Of a stretch of DNA of 64,000 nucleotides, positions 9,521 to 19,065 are shown in pieces. Position 1 is the stretch's first letter, and every line of letters starts with the position of its first letter. Made by a program: the position numbers and the translations under genes. This DNA is from Leptonemataceae bacterium (lineage in GTDB: Bacteria > Spirochaetota > Leptospiria > Leptospirales > Leptonemataceae): NCBI GenBank assembly GCA_965227295.1, contig OZ245742.1, positions 3,328,001-3,392,000 on the forward strand, in the 5' to 3' direction. The notes below the pieces were generated by a model. That model saw only the letters and a program-made list of their open reading frames with translations. It was not told the origin of the DNA and ran no database searches.

Positions 9521-10680
9521 ACAGAGCGAATCATAAAAATCATTTAGCTTTCACCTGGCGTCGGCACGGGAGCCTGCTCGTTTTCCCGGCGCTGCTTGCG
9601 TTCGCCCCCGTTTGCCTGAGTGCCCAATCGGACGGCCTGGTGGAACTGCGGGAGCCGGACGTCGAGTTTTCCGATGAACGCGAGGAACGCATTCGCACGG
9701 GCCTCGCCGAAATCGAAGCTTACATCGAACGACGTCTGGCGGCCGGGGTGGCTCCCGGCGCCGGGGTTTCCATCGTCTACGGCGACGAGGTGATCTACAA
9801 AAAAGCCTTCGCGCAGCCGATCCAGCGCGAGTACTCGGTGCTCTCGTTTACGAAGACGTTCACGGCCCTGGGCATCCTGCAGCTCTACGAAGAAGGCCGC
9901 ATCAATCTCGACGAACCCGTCTCGACGTACCTGGGCGTCAACCTGGAGGACGGGCCGTTTCGCGAACGTCCCATTACCGTGCGGCACCTGCTCACGCATA
10001 CCTCCGGGATTCCCGACTCCGGCTCCCCGACGGCGGTGGCCCTGGCCTCGGGCACGCTCTACGTGCCGAAGCAAAAGTACGCGGCGGGCGAAAAGTTTCA
10101 GTACAGCAATCCCGGCTATCGGCTGCTCGGCGAGGTGCTCACCCGGGTGGCCGGTGAGTCGCTGCAGGCGTACTTGAATCGCGAAGTGCTCGCTCCGTTG
10201 GACATGCAGGCCACGCACTGGTCGGCGAAGGCCAACGGCGCGAGCGGCATGATCTCTTCCGTTGACGATCTTACCAACTACGTGCAGTTCCTGCTCGCCC
10301 GGGGCCGCTACAACGATCGGCGCCTGATCCGCGACGAAACCTATCGTTTGTTGTTCACCACGCCCACGGCCACGGCGCAGTGTCGTTACTCGGAGTATCG
10401 CGGCATTGCCTGGCGCATCCAAACATACGATCAGCGCATCTTACTGATGAACCACGCCGCCCTCGGCTGGGGCGTCGGCGGATTCATCCAGGCCTTTCCG
10501 GAGCACGGGATCGGCTTTGTGTTCCTGAGCAATCCGCGGACCTATAACACGGACGCGTTCATGGGCTTTTACAAGGACCTGCGCAATCGACTGAACGCCT
10601 TCGCCGCCGACGTCACGGACATGCCCATCGCGCCGGGCAGCGGGGAACTGCCGTGCGCCCTGGACACCGTTCCCTGGTGA
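9517..10680 (+). CDS. Secreted serine hydrolase, beta-lactamase (class C/esterase) family
   Basis: SxxK motif (SFTK), ITVRHLLTHTSG, YxN motif (FQYSNPGY); signal peptide; GTGA overlap with the upstream stop. Confidence 0.88.
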   Translation: MNRANHKNHLAFTWRRHGSLLVFPALLAFAPVCLSAQSDGLVELREPDVEFSDEREERIRTGLAEIEAYIERRLAAGVAPGAGVSIVYGDEVIYKKAFAQPIQREYSVLSFTKTFTALGILQLYEEGRINLDEPVSTYLGVNLEDGPFRERPITVRHLLTHTSGIPDSGSPTAVALASGTLYVPKQKYAAGEKFQYSNPGYRLLGEVLTRVAGESLQAYLNREVLAPLDMQATHWSAKANGASGMISSVDDLTNYVQFLLARGRYNDRRLIRDETYRLLFTTPTATAQCRYSEYRGIAWRIQTYDQRILLMNHAALGWGVGGFIQAFPEHGIGFVFLSNPRTYNTDAFMGFYKDLRNRLNAFAADVTDMPIAPGSGELPCALDTVPW

Positions 10681-10716
10681 GAGGTTTGCGAATCCAACAC
10701 AGTACGGCTTGCGGGC

Positions 10717-11370
10717 TTACGAAAACCCGCCTGTGAACATGAACAGCACACCGCAGCACGCGGCGAACGTAATGAACGGCGGGGTCAGCCAGGTCATTAC
10801 CGCGCGGCCGCCGTTTTGTGAAAGGGTTGCGCGAAAGGCGGCGATGCACACGAAGCCCTCCCAGGCAAAGGCCAGCAGCACGATGAATCCCTGGATACCG
10901 GCGCGCACGGAAAGCACGGCGCTCATCTGTCCCTGCACGATCGCGGAGGGATCCATGGGTATGGCCGCGTTGATGGCGCCGAAAAGCGCCGAGACGAACA
11001 TCAACGGCAGCGCGGCCAGGGTGCCGATCCACAGCAACAGTGCGAAGGAACTCGCGTCACCGAGCAGTACGGTGAAGATGTAGCGCAGGGCGGCGCCCAC
11101 GAGCAACAGAATGATCCAGACGAACGGCAGATACAGCGCGGAGTAGGGCGATACCGGGACACTGCCGCCGGTGGCCAGCAGGGCGTTCACGGCATCGAAG
11201 TGAGCCTGGTTGATGAGCCCAAAGATCAACTGAAGTATAGTTAGCGGCAGCACCAGCAACGCTGCGGCGAGCGCGGCCTGTTTCAGGTCGACCGGCCGGT
11301 CCGGGCCGAAGTAGGTTGCCGGTTGCGTGAGGGCCTGTTTGGCGGATGTGATGGTTTCAGATAGGTTCAT
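10717..11370 (-). CDS. Multi-pass membrane protein (Yip1-like topology)
   Basis: N-terminal ALTQPATYF followed by about five hydrophobic segments. Confidence 0.55.
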   Translation of the reverse strand: MNLSETITSAKQALTQPATYFGPDRPVDLKQAALAAALLVLPLTILQLIFGLINQAHFDAVNALLATGGSVPVSPYSALYLPFVWIILLLVGAALRYIFTVLLGDASSFALLLWIGTLAALPLMFVSALFGAINAAIPMDPSAIVQGQMSAVLSVRAGIQGFIVLLAFAWEGFVCIAAFRATLSQNGGRAVMTWLTPPFITFAACCGVLFMFTGGFS

Positions 11371-12085
11371 AGTATACAGTGCTTCCGTAAGATGTTTCGA
11401 TCATGAGGCGGCGGCGAGGATTGCCGTCGCCGTTCGAATGAAGGTCGATGAACGTCAGCGTCGCCCAGGAGCCGTCGCTCCGGGAGACGACGATGCGATT
11501 CTGAGTCCGGGCCGCGCGGGCGACGACATCCCGGCCCAGGCGGTGGACGCGGACGACCTCGATGACCGCGGGCCATTCCCGGGCCGGCATGCGTACCTCC
11601 ATGGAGCCCGCGACGATGAGCGTGTCGGATTTCAACACGGCCCGCGTTAAGCGCGGAGTTTCCGCGGTCGGGGCGATCTCCAGGACACGATCGGTTCCCT
11701 GGCTTTCGCGACGCAGGCGCAGTACGCCGGTGTCGGTTTTTGTTCCAGTTGCGAGCAGCGCCGGAATGTCGAAGGCGACGTTGCCGTTCGCGTCGAGGAA
11801 CAACCCGTTACCGATGTGCACCCCGGCTGCGGCGTACGGTAGGGGCACCGCGCGCGGATAACGAAAGCTGCGGCCGCTGGTGTCCACGTGGACGCTTTCT
11901 TCCTGCCGCACGTTGCGCAGCACTTCCACGCGCAACGTGCCGGCGTGAACCGGACGAGACAGCGACAGCGACAGCGGCTGCCACGCCTCGCGCTCGGCCG
12001 GCGCGGGTAGTTCCATGGGGGCCGTTCCGGCGCAGGCCGCGACGAGCAGGTGAAGGAGTAGGATGTTCCAGCGTCCGCGCATCAT
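11357..12085 (-). CDS. Hypothetical lipoprotein
   Basis: MMRGRWNILLLHLLVAAC lipobox; the upstream part of the listed 500-aa ORF is an antisense shadow of lon. Confidence 0.6.
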   Translation of the reverse strand: MMRGRWNILLLHLLVAACAGTAPMELPAPAEREAWQPLSLSLSRPVHAGTLRVEVLRNVRQEESVHVDTSGRSFRYPRAVPLPYAAAGVHIGNGLFLDANGNVAFDIPALLATGTKTDTGVLRLRRESQGTDRVLEIAPTAETPRLTRAVLKSDTLIVAGSMEVRMPAREWPAVIEVVRVHRLGRDVVARAARTQNRIVVSRSDGSWATLTFIDLHSNGDGNPRRRLMIETSYGSTVYYEPI

Positions 12086-12172
12086 GCTTGCGGAGTCAGA
12101 TGTACACGGAAAGGCGGCGGCCGTCAACCTTAGTACTTGCGTTATTGCCGCGGAATTGTTTGCATTGAAATC

Positions 12173-14710
12173 ATGCAAGATGGTGATGTAAACGAAACCC
12201 AGGGCGACGAGTCGCTGCACGCCGAGTTCGTGGGCGGAGGACCCGGCGGTCTCGTTCTTTCTGACGATGTTCTGCCCGAGCGCATTCCCATCATTCCGCT
12301 CCAGCAGCGGCCGGTGTTTCCCGGAACCACCATGCCCCTGGAAATCTCCGACGTGCGCTTGCAGTCGGCCGTGGAGTTCTTGAAGAAGAGCGCTTCGAAG
12401 TACGTGGGCGTGGTCCTGGCGAAAGAGTACAACCAGGAGGCTCCCCTGGAATCCGAACTGCACGACATGGGTACGGTGCTGCGGATTTTGAAAATGGGCG
12501 GCGGTTCGGCGGAGGGCCAGGAGGACGGGCCGGTGCACTTGCTCTTTCATGGTGTGCGCCGCTTCCGGCTCCAGGAAAAGGTCCCCCACGATTCCGCGCT
12601 CATCTGGAAAGTTGAGTACTTTTACGATCCCGAGGGCCCGGAGATCAAGAAAGACGAGGAGCTGCAGGCCTACGTCATGGCCGTCATTAACTCCGTGAAG
12701 GAACTGCTCACGCTCAACCCGCTGTTCATGGAGCAACTCAAAATGCTCGTGGCCAATCTCTCCCACGACAAACCCGGGCTCATCTTCGATCTCATTGCTT
12801 CGATGACCACCTCCTCCGGCGAAAAACTCCAGGAGGTCCTCGCCACGATTCCCCTGCAACCGCGGGCGGAGCGGCTGTTAAGCATACTGCAAGAAGAGTT
12901 AAGCATCTTTCAGTTGCAACAGAAGATCAAGAAGTCCATCGAAGAGCGCATCTCCAAACAGCAGCACGAGTACTTTCTGCGCGAGCAGTTGAAGGAGATC
13001 AAAAAGGAACTCGGTCTGGAAAAGGACGAGAAGAGCCAGGAGATCGAGCGTTTCAAGGAACGCATTGAGAACGAGGAACTCACCGTACCGGAGGAAGCGC
13101 GCAAGCGCATCGAAGAAGAACTGAACAAACTCTCGGTGCTGGAACCGGCCTCGCCGGAGTACGGGGTCACCCGCAACTACCTGGACTGGCTGACGGTACT
13201 GCCCTGGGGGAAATTCACGAAAGATCATTACGACATCGCCGCGGCGCGTGAGGTTCTGGACCGGGACCACTTCGGCCTGGACGACGTGAAGGATCGCATT
13301 CTGGAATTCATCTCCGTGGGCAAAAAGACCGGCTCGCTGTCGGGTTCCATTCTATTGTTGGTGGGTCCGCCCGGCGTCGGCAAGACGTCCATCGGTCGTT
13401 CGGTGGCGGAGGCGTTGGGCCGGAAGTTCTATCGCTTTTCGTTGGGCGGCATGCGCGACGAGGCCGAGATCAAGGGCCACCGCCGGACGTACATCGGCGC
13501 CATGCCGGGCAAGTTCGTGCAGGCATTGAAGACCGTGGAATCGGCGAACCCGGTGATCATGCTGGACGAGGTCGACAAGATCGGTGCCTCGTTCCGCGGC
13601 GATCCGGCGTCGGCGTTGCTGGAGGTCCTGGACCCCGAGCAGAACAACAGCTTTCTCGATCATTACCTGGACGTGCCCTTCGATCTTTCGCGGGTCATGT
13701 TCATTGCCACCGCGAACCAGCTCGACACGATCCCCGGTCCGCTGCTCGACCGCATGGAGCTCTTAAAGTTGAGCGGGTACATCTTAAGAGAGAAGCGCGA
13801 GATTGCGAAGCGGTATCTGATCCCGCGGGCCCTGGAAGAACACGGCTTGAGCGAGAATGACGTAACAATTTCCGACGAAACATTAAACGCCGTCGTCGAA
13901 AATTACGCGCGCGAGGCCGGCGTGCGTAACCTGGAAAATAAGATCAAGAAAATCATGCGCAAACTCACGCTCCAGCACGCCGAGGGCGAAAGTGCTCCGC
14001 GGACGATCACGCCGGAGAACCTCGACGATTACCTGGGGCAACCGCCCATCAAAAACGAGGTCCGCTACGACCGCGACGTGCCCGGCGTCGTGAGCGGTCT
14101 CGCCTGGACGTCCATGGGCGGGGCGACGTTGTACATCGAGGCCCAGGGCGTGAAGACCGGCAAGGGCGGTTTCAAACAAACCGGTCAACTCGGCGACGTC
14201 ATGAAGGAATCCTCCGAGATCGCCTTCAGTTACGCGCGATCATTCCTGCGCAAACAGGGCGGCCACGGCGATTACTTCGACGATCACTTCGTGCACCTGC
14301 ACGTCCCGGCCGGTGCCACGCCGAAGGACGGACCGTCCGCCGGCATCACCATGGCGCTCGCGCTCTACAGCCTGGCCACGAACCGCCCGGTTCCGCGCAA
14401 CCTGGCCATGACCGGAGAGATCTCGTTGATCGGCAAGGTCATGCCCATCGGCGGCGTAAAAGAAAAGATCATCGCCGCGCGACGGGTGGGGATCGATCGC
14501 GTCATTTTGCCGGAGGACAATCGCAACGACTACGAGGACCTGCCGGATCATCTGCGCGAGGGCATGCACGTGGAGTATGCTTCGTACTTCGACGACGTCC
14601 TTAAGATTGCGTACAGTGAAGTTAAGAACGAAGCGGAGCCGCCGGCGGTCGAACGCGCCGGAGTGGCCCAGCCTTTACGAGATCAGGAGCGTAAGCGGGA
14701 TGATTGGTGA
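12173..14710 (+). CDS. lon: ATP-dependent endopeptidase La
   Basis: Lon N-domain PVFPG, Walker A GPPGVGKTS, Walker B LDEVDK, catalytic PKDGPSAG and GGVKEK. Confidence 0.97.
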   Translation: MQDGDVNETQGDESLHAEFVGGGPGGLVLSDDVLPERIPIIPLQQRPVFPGTTMPLEISDVRLQSAVEFLKKSASKYVGVVLAKEYNQEAPLESELHDMGTVLRILKMGGGSAEGQEDGPVHLLFHGVRRFRLQEKVPHDSALIWKVEYFYDPEGPEIKKDEELQAYVMAVINSVKELLTLNPLFMEQLKMLVANLSHDKPGLIFDLIASMTTSSGEKLQEVLATIPLQPRAERLLSILQEELSIFQLQQKIKKSIEERISKQQHEYFLREQLKEIKKELGLEKDEKSQEIERFKERIENEELTVPEEARKRIEEELNKLSVLEPASPEYGVTRNYLDWLTVLPWGKFTKDHYDIAAAREVLDRDHFGLDDVKDRILEFISVGKKTGSLSGSILLLVGPPGVGKTSIGRSVAEALGRKFYRFSLGGMRDEAEIKGHRRTYIGAMPGKFVQALKTVESANPVIMLDEVDKIGASFRGDPASALLEVLDPEQNNSFLDHYLDVPFDLSRVMFIATANQLDTIPGPLLDRMELLKLSGYILREKREIAKRYLIPRALEEHGLSENDVTISDETLNAVVENYAREAGVRNLENKIKKIMRKLTLQHAEGESAPRTITPENLDDYLGQPPIKNEVRYDRDVPGVVSGLAWTSMGGATLYIEAQGVKTGKGGFKQTGQLGDVMKESSEIAFSYARSFLRKQGGHGDYFDDHFVHLHVPAGATPKDGPSAGITMALALYSLATNRPVPRNLAMTGEISLIGKVMPIGGVKEKIIAARRVGIDRVILPEDNRNDYEDLPDHLREGMHVEYASYFDDVLKIAYSEVKNEAEPPAVERAGVAQPLRDQERKRDDW

Positions 14711-14735
14711 GATCCGGCGCGTTGTCCTGATGGAC

Positions 14736-14875
14736 GTTGAGGGGGTAGCGGAGGACCGAAAGCCCACCGGCAGGGCTGCCCGGAGGGTGGCCCGGTCGCC
14801 GCAGGCGAGCCGGTGGGCGGTCGCGCGTAGCGCGATTCGGGCCGGAGCGAGGGGGAGCGAAGCTCCCCCCTTAAC
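14736..14875. repeat. GC-rich multi-hairpin intergenic element (REP/BIME-like)
   Basis: Terminal inverted repeats GTTGAGGGGGTAGC / GCTCCCCCCTTAAC; internal stems CCCACCGG..CCGGTGGG, TCGCC-GCA-GGCGA, CGCGC-GTA-GCGCG and GGAGC-GAA-GCTCC. Confidence 0.6.
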
Positions 14876-14885
14876 ATATTCTTTC

Positions 14886-16277
14886 GTGATTTTAGTTCTT
14901 CTCTTTGGTTTGCTTTCTTCACCGGCCTTCGCCGATACACTGCTCCTGAAATCCGGCGAACGCATCAACGGTACCATCACGAACCAGAGCCGGGAGAGCG
15001 TGATCATCCGCCGCGCGGACGGCAGTACGCGCACCATTCTCAAGGCCGACATCGAGCGTACGTTCTTCGGTGATGCCGAAGAACAGCGCTACCGCAAAGA
15101 ACAAGAAGCCATCCGCGAGCGCCAGGCGGCCGAGCGCCGTAAACGTGAGGAAGCCGCCCGCCGGAAACGCGAAGAGGACGCGCGCCGGAAACGCGAAAAG
15201 GCGGAGCGCCGGCGTGCCCTGGAAGAACGCGAAGAACAACTCGATCGGCGGGAGGCCGATCTAAAGCAACGCGAAACAAGGGTTACGGAGCGGGAGCACC
15301 GGCTGGAGCAAGAAGGTGATCGCGAACCAGCCGGGCCGGCCCCCGACTACACGTTGCGTTTGCGGGCCGGCATTGCCGGGGGCTCGTTTATCAGCGATCT
15401 CGAAGAACGACTCGGGCAGGACCTGGAGTACGCCGCGCTGACATTCGGCGGCATCGGCGGTGCGACACCCTGGGAAAGTGACGGCTATGCCGGTTTTCCC
15501 CTCGCGGTCGGTCTGGACTACGAGTCATGGTCCTTCGATATCGCGTACGAACGCACGGAGGGCGAAGGCGTGTTTCAGGGCCTGATCTATCTGCCGTCCA
15601 TTGCGTTCGGGGGGCTCAGCGCAAGCGCCTCTCAACTGAGTCTGTATACGGCGCGACTCATTCGCCACCGCGTCGATGTGCAGGCCGCGTATCGTTTGTA
15701 CGGTGGAGAACAGGCCGGCCCCAAACTTCATTTGACCGGAGGTTTACGCCGTCAGGAGGGCGATGGGCGCCTGAGCACTACTTCCATCGTGAGCATCGAC
15801 ATCTCCGGAGTTTCGTTTGCGCAACTGAGTCAATCGTTACGCAGCGACTATGTGTACGAGGACACCGGCCCCCTGTTCGGGCTGGGTTTTCGCTACGATT
15901 TCGCGGGCGGCTGGGACGTGCACACGACACTACGCATCTTTCGTTTGCGCGGCGGCGAACAGCTCAGCGAGTTCAGCGTCGCCCTGAACAGCGATCTGAG
16001 CGCGGAAACCGAAGCGATCAGCGAGACCGGCGATCATCTCATCCGCGGCTACGAATGGACTCTCGGTTTCGGTTACAGCATCGGGCGGGCGCGCTTGTTT
16101 TTCGATTTTACCGGCGAGCGAAGCCGCGTGCGGGACTGGAATGTGCAGCGCTTTACGGCGTCGTCGAGCGCGTTCACGCAGTCCGGCGCCCTGGCGGCGT
16201 ATTTGCTTTCCCGGGACGGTTCCGAGCATGCGGATCTTCGCCGGGGCATTCATTTCGGGGTGGAGTTTTCGCTGTAG
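14886..16277 (+). CDS. Putative outer-membrane beta-barrel protein with a Leptospira-type small N-terminal domain and charged coiled-coil linker
   Basis: Signal peptide ...SSPAFA/DTLLLKSGERINGTI; E/R-rich coiled coil; amphipathic beta strands ending in GIHFGVEFSL; start codon uncertain. Confidence 0.65.
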   Translation: MILVLLFGLLSSPAFADTLLLKSGERINGTITNQSRESVIIRRADGSTRTILKADIERTFFGDAEEQRYRKEQEAIRERQAAERRKREEAARRKREEDARRKREKAERRRALEEREEQLDRREADLKQRETRVTEREHRLEQEGDREPAGPAPDYTLRLRAGIAGGSFISDLEERLGQDLEYAALTFGGIGGATPWESDGYAGFPLAVGLDYESWSFDIAYERTEGEGVFQGLIYLPSIAFGGLSASASQLSLYTARLIRHRVDVQAAYRLYGGEQAGPKLHLTGGLRRQEGDGRLSTTSIVSIDISGVSFAQLSQSLRSDYVYEDTGPLFGLGFRYDFAGGWDVHTTLRIFRLRGGEQLSEFSVALNSDLSAETEAISETGDHLIRGYEWTLGFGYSIGRARLFFDFTGERSRVRDWNVQRFTASSSAFTQSGALAAYLLSRDGSEHADLRRGIHFGVEFSL

Positions 16278-16360
16278 AAAAATTTTGCGCTCAAGTGAAC
16301 TCGCCGCAGGCAAATCGCACTCGAACGCAATAGTTTCTCTTAGAGTTAGAATAGAAGAAG

Positions 16361-16942
16361 TTAGTGCAGTTCCCAGGAGCGCACGATGTTGCGATGCAGG
16401 GCGCCGCGCGAGCGGATGATCAGATCGACGTCCAGGGGTTTCGCTTCGCCGGCCAGGGCCGCCGCCGCGCGCAGGCCGTCGCAGGACTGCTTCGCCATGG
16501 TGCCGTCGAAACGATACCAGCCGGCATACTCCCACTCGTCGTCCTTCGTGTAACGGTACAGTTCCACGCGAAAGAGGGCGGCGTAGGCTTCGACTTCGTC
16601 GTCCTCGGCCGGATCGAAGACGGTGATCGCATCGTTCACGCCGCAGGTAACTTTGAGCATGACCATGCCGGTTTTGTAGCCCGGGTTGGTGCCCCAGAGC
16701 ACGCCCGGTACCGGCACTTTTTTCGGATACAGCATCGTCTCCGAGCCGTTCAGAATCCGCGGGTCCGTGAAGCGGTAGGTGCTTTCGACGTCGTCCGCGG
16801 CGAAGAGCCGGGGCGTCTGCGAGACGGCCGCGAAAATCATCAGGGCCACGATCATGCGGCGTTTATGCCGCCGCCGCTTTTGCCGATCCCCGCCGCCGAT
16901 GCGCGGGCGGTCGAAATAGGACTGCACGTTTCCGTCGATCAT
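16361..16942 (-). CDS. Hypothetical exported protein
   Basis: Basic n-region RRRHKRR, hydrophobic MIVALMIFAAV, then a soluble domain with two Cys; start uncertain; the first part of the listed ORF runs through the repeat. Confidence 0.55.
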   Translation of the reverse strand: MIDGNVQSYFDRPRIGGGDRQKRRRHKRRMIVALMIFAAVSQTPRLFAADDVESTYRFTDPRILNGSETMLYPKKVPVPGVLWGTNPGYKTGMVMLKVTCGVNDAITVFDPAEDDEVEAYAALFRVELYRYTKDDEWEYAGWYRFDGTMAKQSCDGLRAAAALAGEAKPLDVDLIIRSRGALHRNIVRSWELH

Positions 16943-17015
16943 GTTGAAATAGACTACCGGAATCCGGGCGCGGTTCGCGGAAAAATTGTAAAAAATGTCG
17001 CGAATCCGCACCGAT

Positions 17016-17392
17016 GCTGGTTCTTTACGGCGAAGACGCCGTTCCGGTGCGCCGTACCACATTGCCCGGCATAACCTCCGTTCATCTGCTGGAACCAGCC
17101 GTGACCATAAAAGTGTAAATCCAGACTGGCCGCGACGTACACCACGATTCGGGGCGTGCTCGAATGCATGAAAAATTTCCGGTAGATCAAGAGCCTTGTT
17201 TCGTGGCGTTTGCCGTGAGACACATGAAGTAAGTTGCGGAATTGAGAAGTGGTTTTTTATGCTACGGCTCGCAGGAGTTGTGGAATTTCGTTTTGTTAAG
17301 AGGGTCCGCCTCGACCCGGACGTCGGTTTGCGACTCAGCTACCGTAGCGATTCTTACGGCGAAGACGGGCGAACGTGAGTTCGTGCTCGAAC
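17016..17392. repeat. Long degenerate repeat, array 1 (one full 329-bp unit plus start of the next)
   Basis: GAAGACG anchors at 17032 and 17361; colinear with 18550-18881. Confidence 0.9.
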
Positions 17393-17407
17393 TCATCGGA
17401 CGCATCG

Positions 17408-18340
17408 TCAAAGTAACGGTGTGCTTTCGGTTTCACCCGGCGGGCGTGTGTGCCAGCGTCGGTGCAGCCAGAAGTAATCCTGCGGGTGCTGCTTAACTTT
17501 TTCTTCGAGCATGTTAACCCAGGTCTTTGTAAAGACCGCGTCCCAGGCCTCCGGATCGGGGCGATGATCGAAGTCCGGGCGGGGAAACTCCTGGATCTCG
17601 TAGACCAGGCGGTCCTGCTCGTCGTGGTAGGACCAGAGAAAGTACAGCGGGGCGTCGGACAAACGCGCGAAGGCGGCCGGTCCCTGGAACGTGGACGCCG
17701 GGCGGCCGAAGAAGTCGATGAACTTGCCGTTCTTACCGGCGTCCTGATCGGCGATGAATCCGATGACGGCCTTTTGTTTAAGAAGTTTTAAGATTCGCCG
17801 CGGGCTTTCGTCCGTGTAGATGAGCCGGATGTCCTGGGAGCCGCGCATGCGTTCGATCCAGGCGTTGGACCAGGGGTTCGATTGACGTTTCGCAAGCACG
17901 AATAAATCGCCGCCGTTGCGCGTGATGGCCACACCCTTCCACTCCCAGTTCCCCAGGTGACCGAGAATCAAAATGCCGCCGTCGGCATAGATGCGCCGGT
18001 GAGTCTCCGCGTCCGGTTTGAGGACGAACCACTTTTCGAGAAAGTCGTCGTCGACGAACGGGTTCTGCAAGAACTCGGCGCCCATGCGCCCCAGAATGCG
18101 AAAGTGTTTGGTTGCGATGTCTCGCCGCCAGGCCTCGCTCTCGTTCGGGAAGGCCAGTTGCAAATGATTGCCCACGCGCTGCCGCGCTTCTCCGGCCAGG
18201 CGGCCGAAGATCAGTGACAGGTTCTGGAGCAAACGTGCCCGCCAGGGGAACGGCAAACGCATGAGCAAGAACGTGAGCGTCCGGGATACCGAGTACTCCA
18301 GGAATTTTATGAATGTCTTTTGGTATCGCTTCCGCGCCAT
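17408..18340 (-). CDS. Lipid A biosynthesis lauroyl/acyltransferase (HtrB/LpxL family)
   Basis: GHLGNWE catalytic HxxxxE motif, FIADQD, FIDFFGRPAST, PQDYFWLHRRW. Confidence 0.9.
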   Translation of the reverse strand: MARKRYQKTFIKFLEYSVSRTLTFLLMRLPFPWRARLLQNLSLIFGRLAGEARQRVGNHLQLAFPNESEAWRRDIATKHFRILGRMGAEFLQNPFVDDDFLEKWFVLKPDAETHRRIYADGGILILGHLGNWEWKGVAITRNGGDLFVLAKRQSNPWSNAWIERMRGSQDIRLIYTDESPRRILKLLKQKAVIGFIADQDAGKNGKFIDFFGRPASTFQGPAAFARLSDAPLYFLWSYHDEQDRLVYEIQEFPRPDFDHRPDPEAWDAVFTKTWVNMLEEKVKQHPQDYFWLHRRWHTRPPGETESTPLL

Positions 18341-18390
18341 GATCGCGAGCGAATGTATATTCCGCGGGAGACACGTCAAGCAATCTGTTG

Positions 18391-19053
18391 GCTGGATCTT
18401 TACGAAGAAGACGCCGTTCCGGTGCGCCGTACCACAAGCCCCGGCACGACCTCCGTGGGTGGGGAACAACTGCCGCGGCCCCAACAAGTGGGGCCTTGCC
18501 GACACCGGACGTCGGTTTGCGACTCAACTACCGTAGCGTTTCTTCCGACGAAGACGCCGTTCCGGTGCGCGCCCCACATTTCCCCGGCATGACCTCCGTG
18601 GTCGCCTGGAACCAGCTGTACCCATACAAGGCTTAATGTACACTGGCCGCTACTTACATCACGATTCGGGGTGTGCTCGAACGAATGAAACGTTTCCGGT
18701 AGTTCAAGAGCTGCGGTTTGGTGCGTTTGCCGTGATAAACAGAAAGTAAGTCGGCAAACGTTAAAGGAAATCTTTTTATGCTACGGCGAAGCGGGAGTTG
18801 TGGATTTTCGTTTTGTTAAGAATGCTGCGTTCGACCCGGACGCTGATTGTGCGACTCAGCTACCGAGGCGATTCTTGCGACGAAGACGCCGTTCCGGTGC
18901 GCCTTACCATGCTCCCCGGCATGACCTCCGTGGGTGGGGAACAACTGCCGCGGCCACGACAAGCGTGGCCTTGCCCCTGGAACCAGCCGTACCCATAAAA
19001 GCCTTAATCCAAACTGGCCTCAACTTACACCACGATTCGGGGCGTGCGCGAAC
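18391..19053. repeat. Long degenerate repeat, array 2 (143-bp short unit, 332-bp unit, partial unit)
   Basis: GAAGACGCCGTTCCGGTGCGC anchors at 18407, 18550 and 18882. Confidence 0.9.
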
Positions 19054-19065
19054 CACAGCCAGGCC

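Noticed and set aside
9517..10680. Antibiotic-resistance beta-lactamase
   Set aside because: The motifs fit the broad esterase/peptidase-like serine hydrolase family; there is no KTG triad and no mobile context.
16954..17223. Small ORFs within the long repeat (and the MWYGAPERR... N-termini of listed ORFs)
   Set aside because: The equivalent frame in the other copies has stop codons and frameshifting indels.
17016..19053. CRISPR array, DGR template/variable repeat pair, or integron attC array
   Set aside because: Units are about 330 bp with homologous rather than unique spacers, mismatches are not confined to adenines, and no cas, reverse transcriptase or integrase gene was seen in the window.
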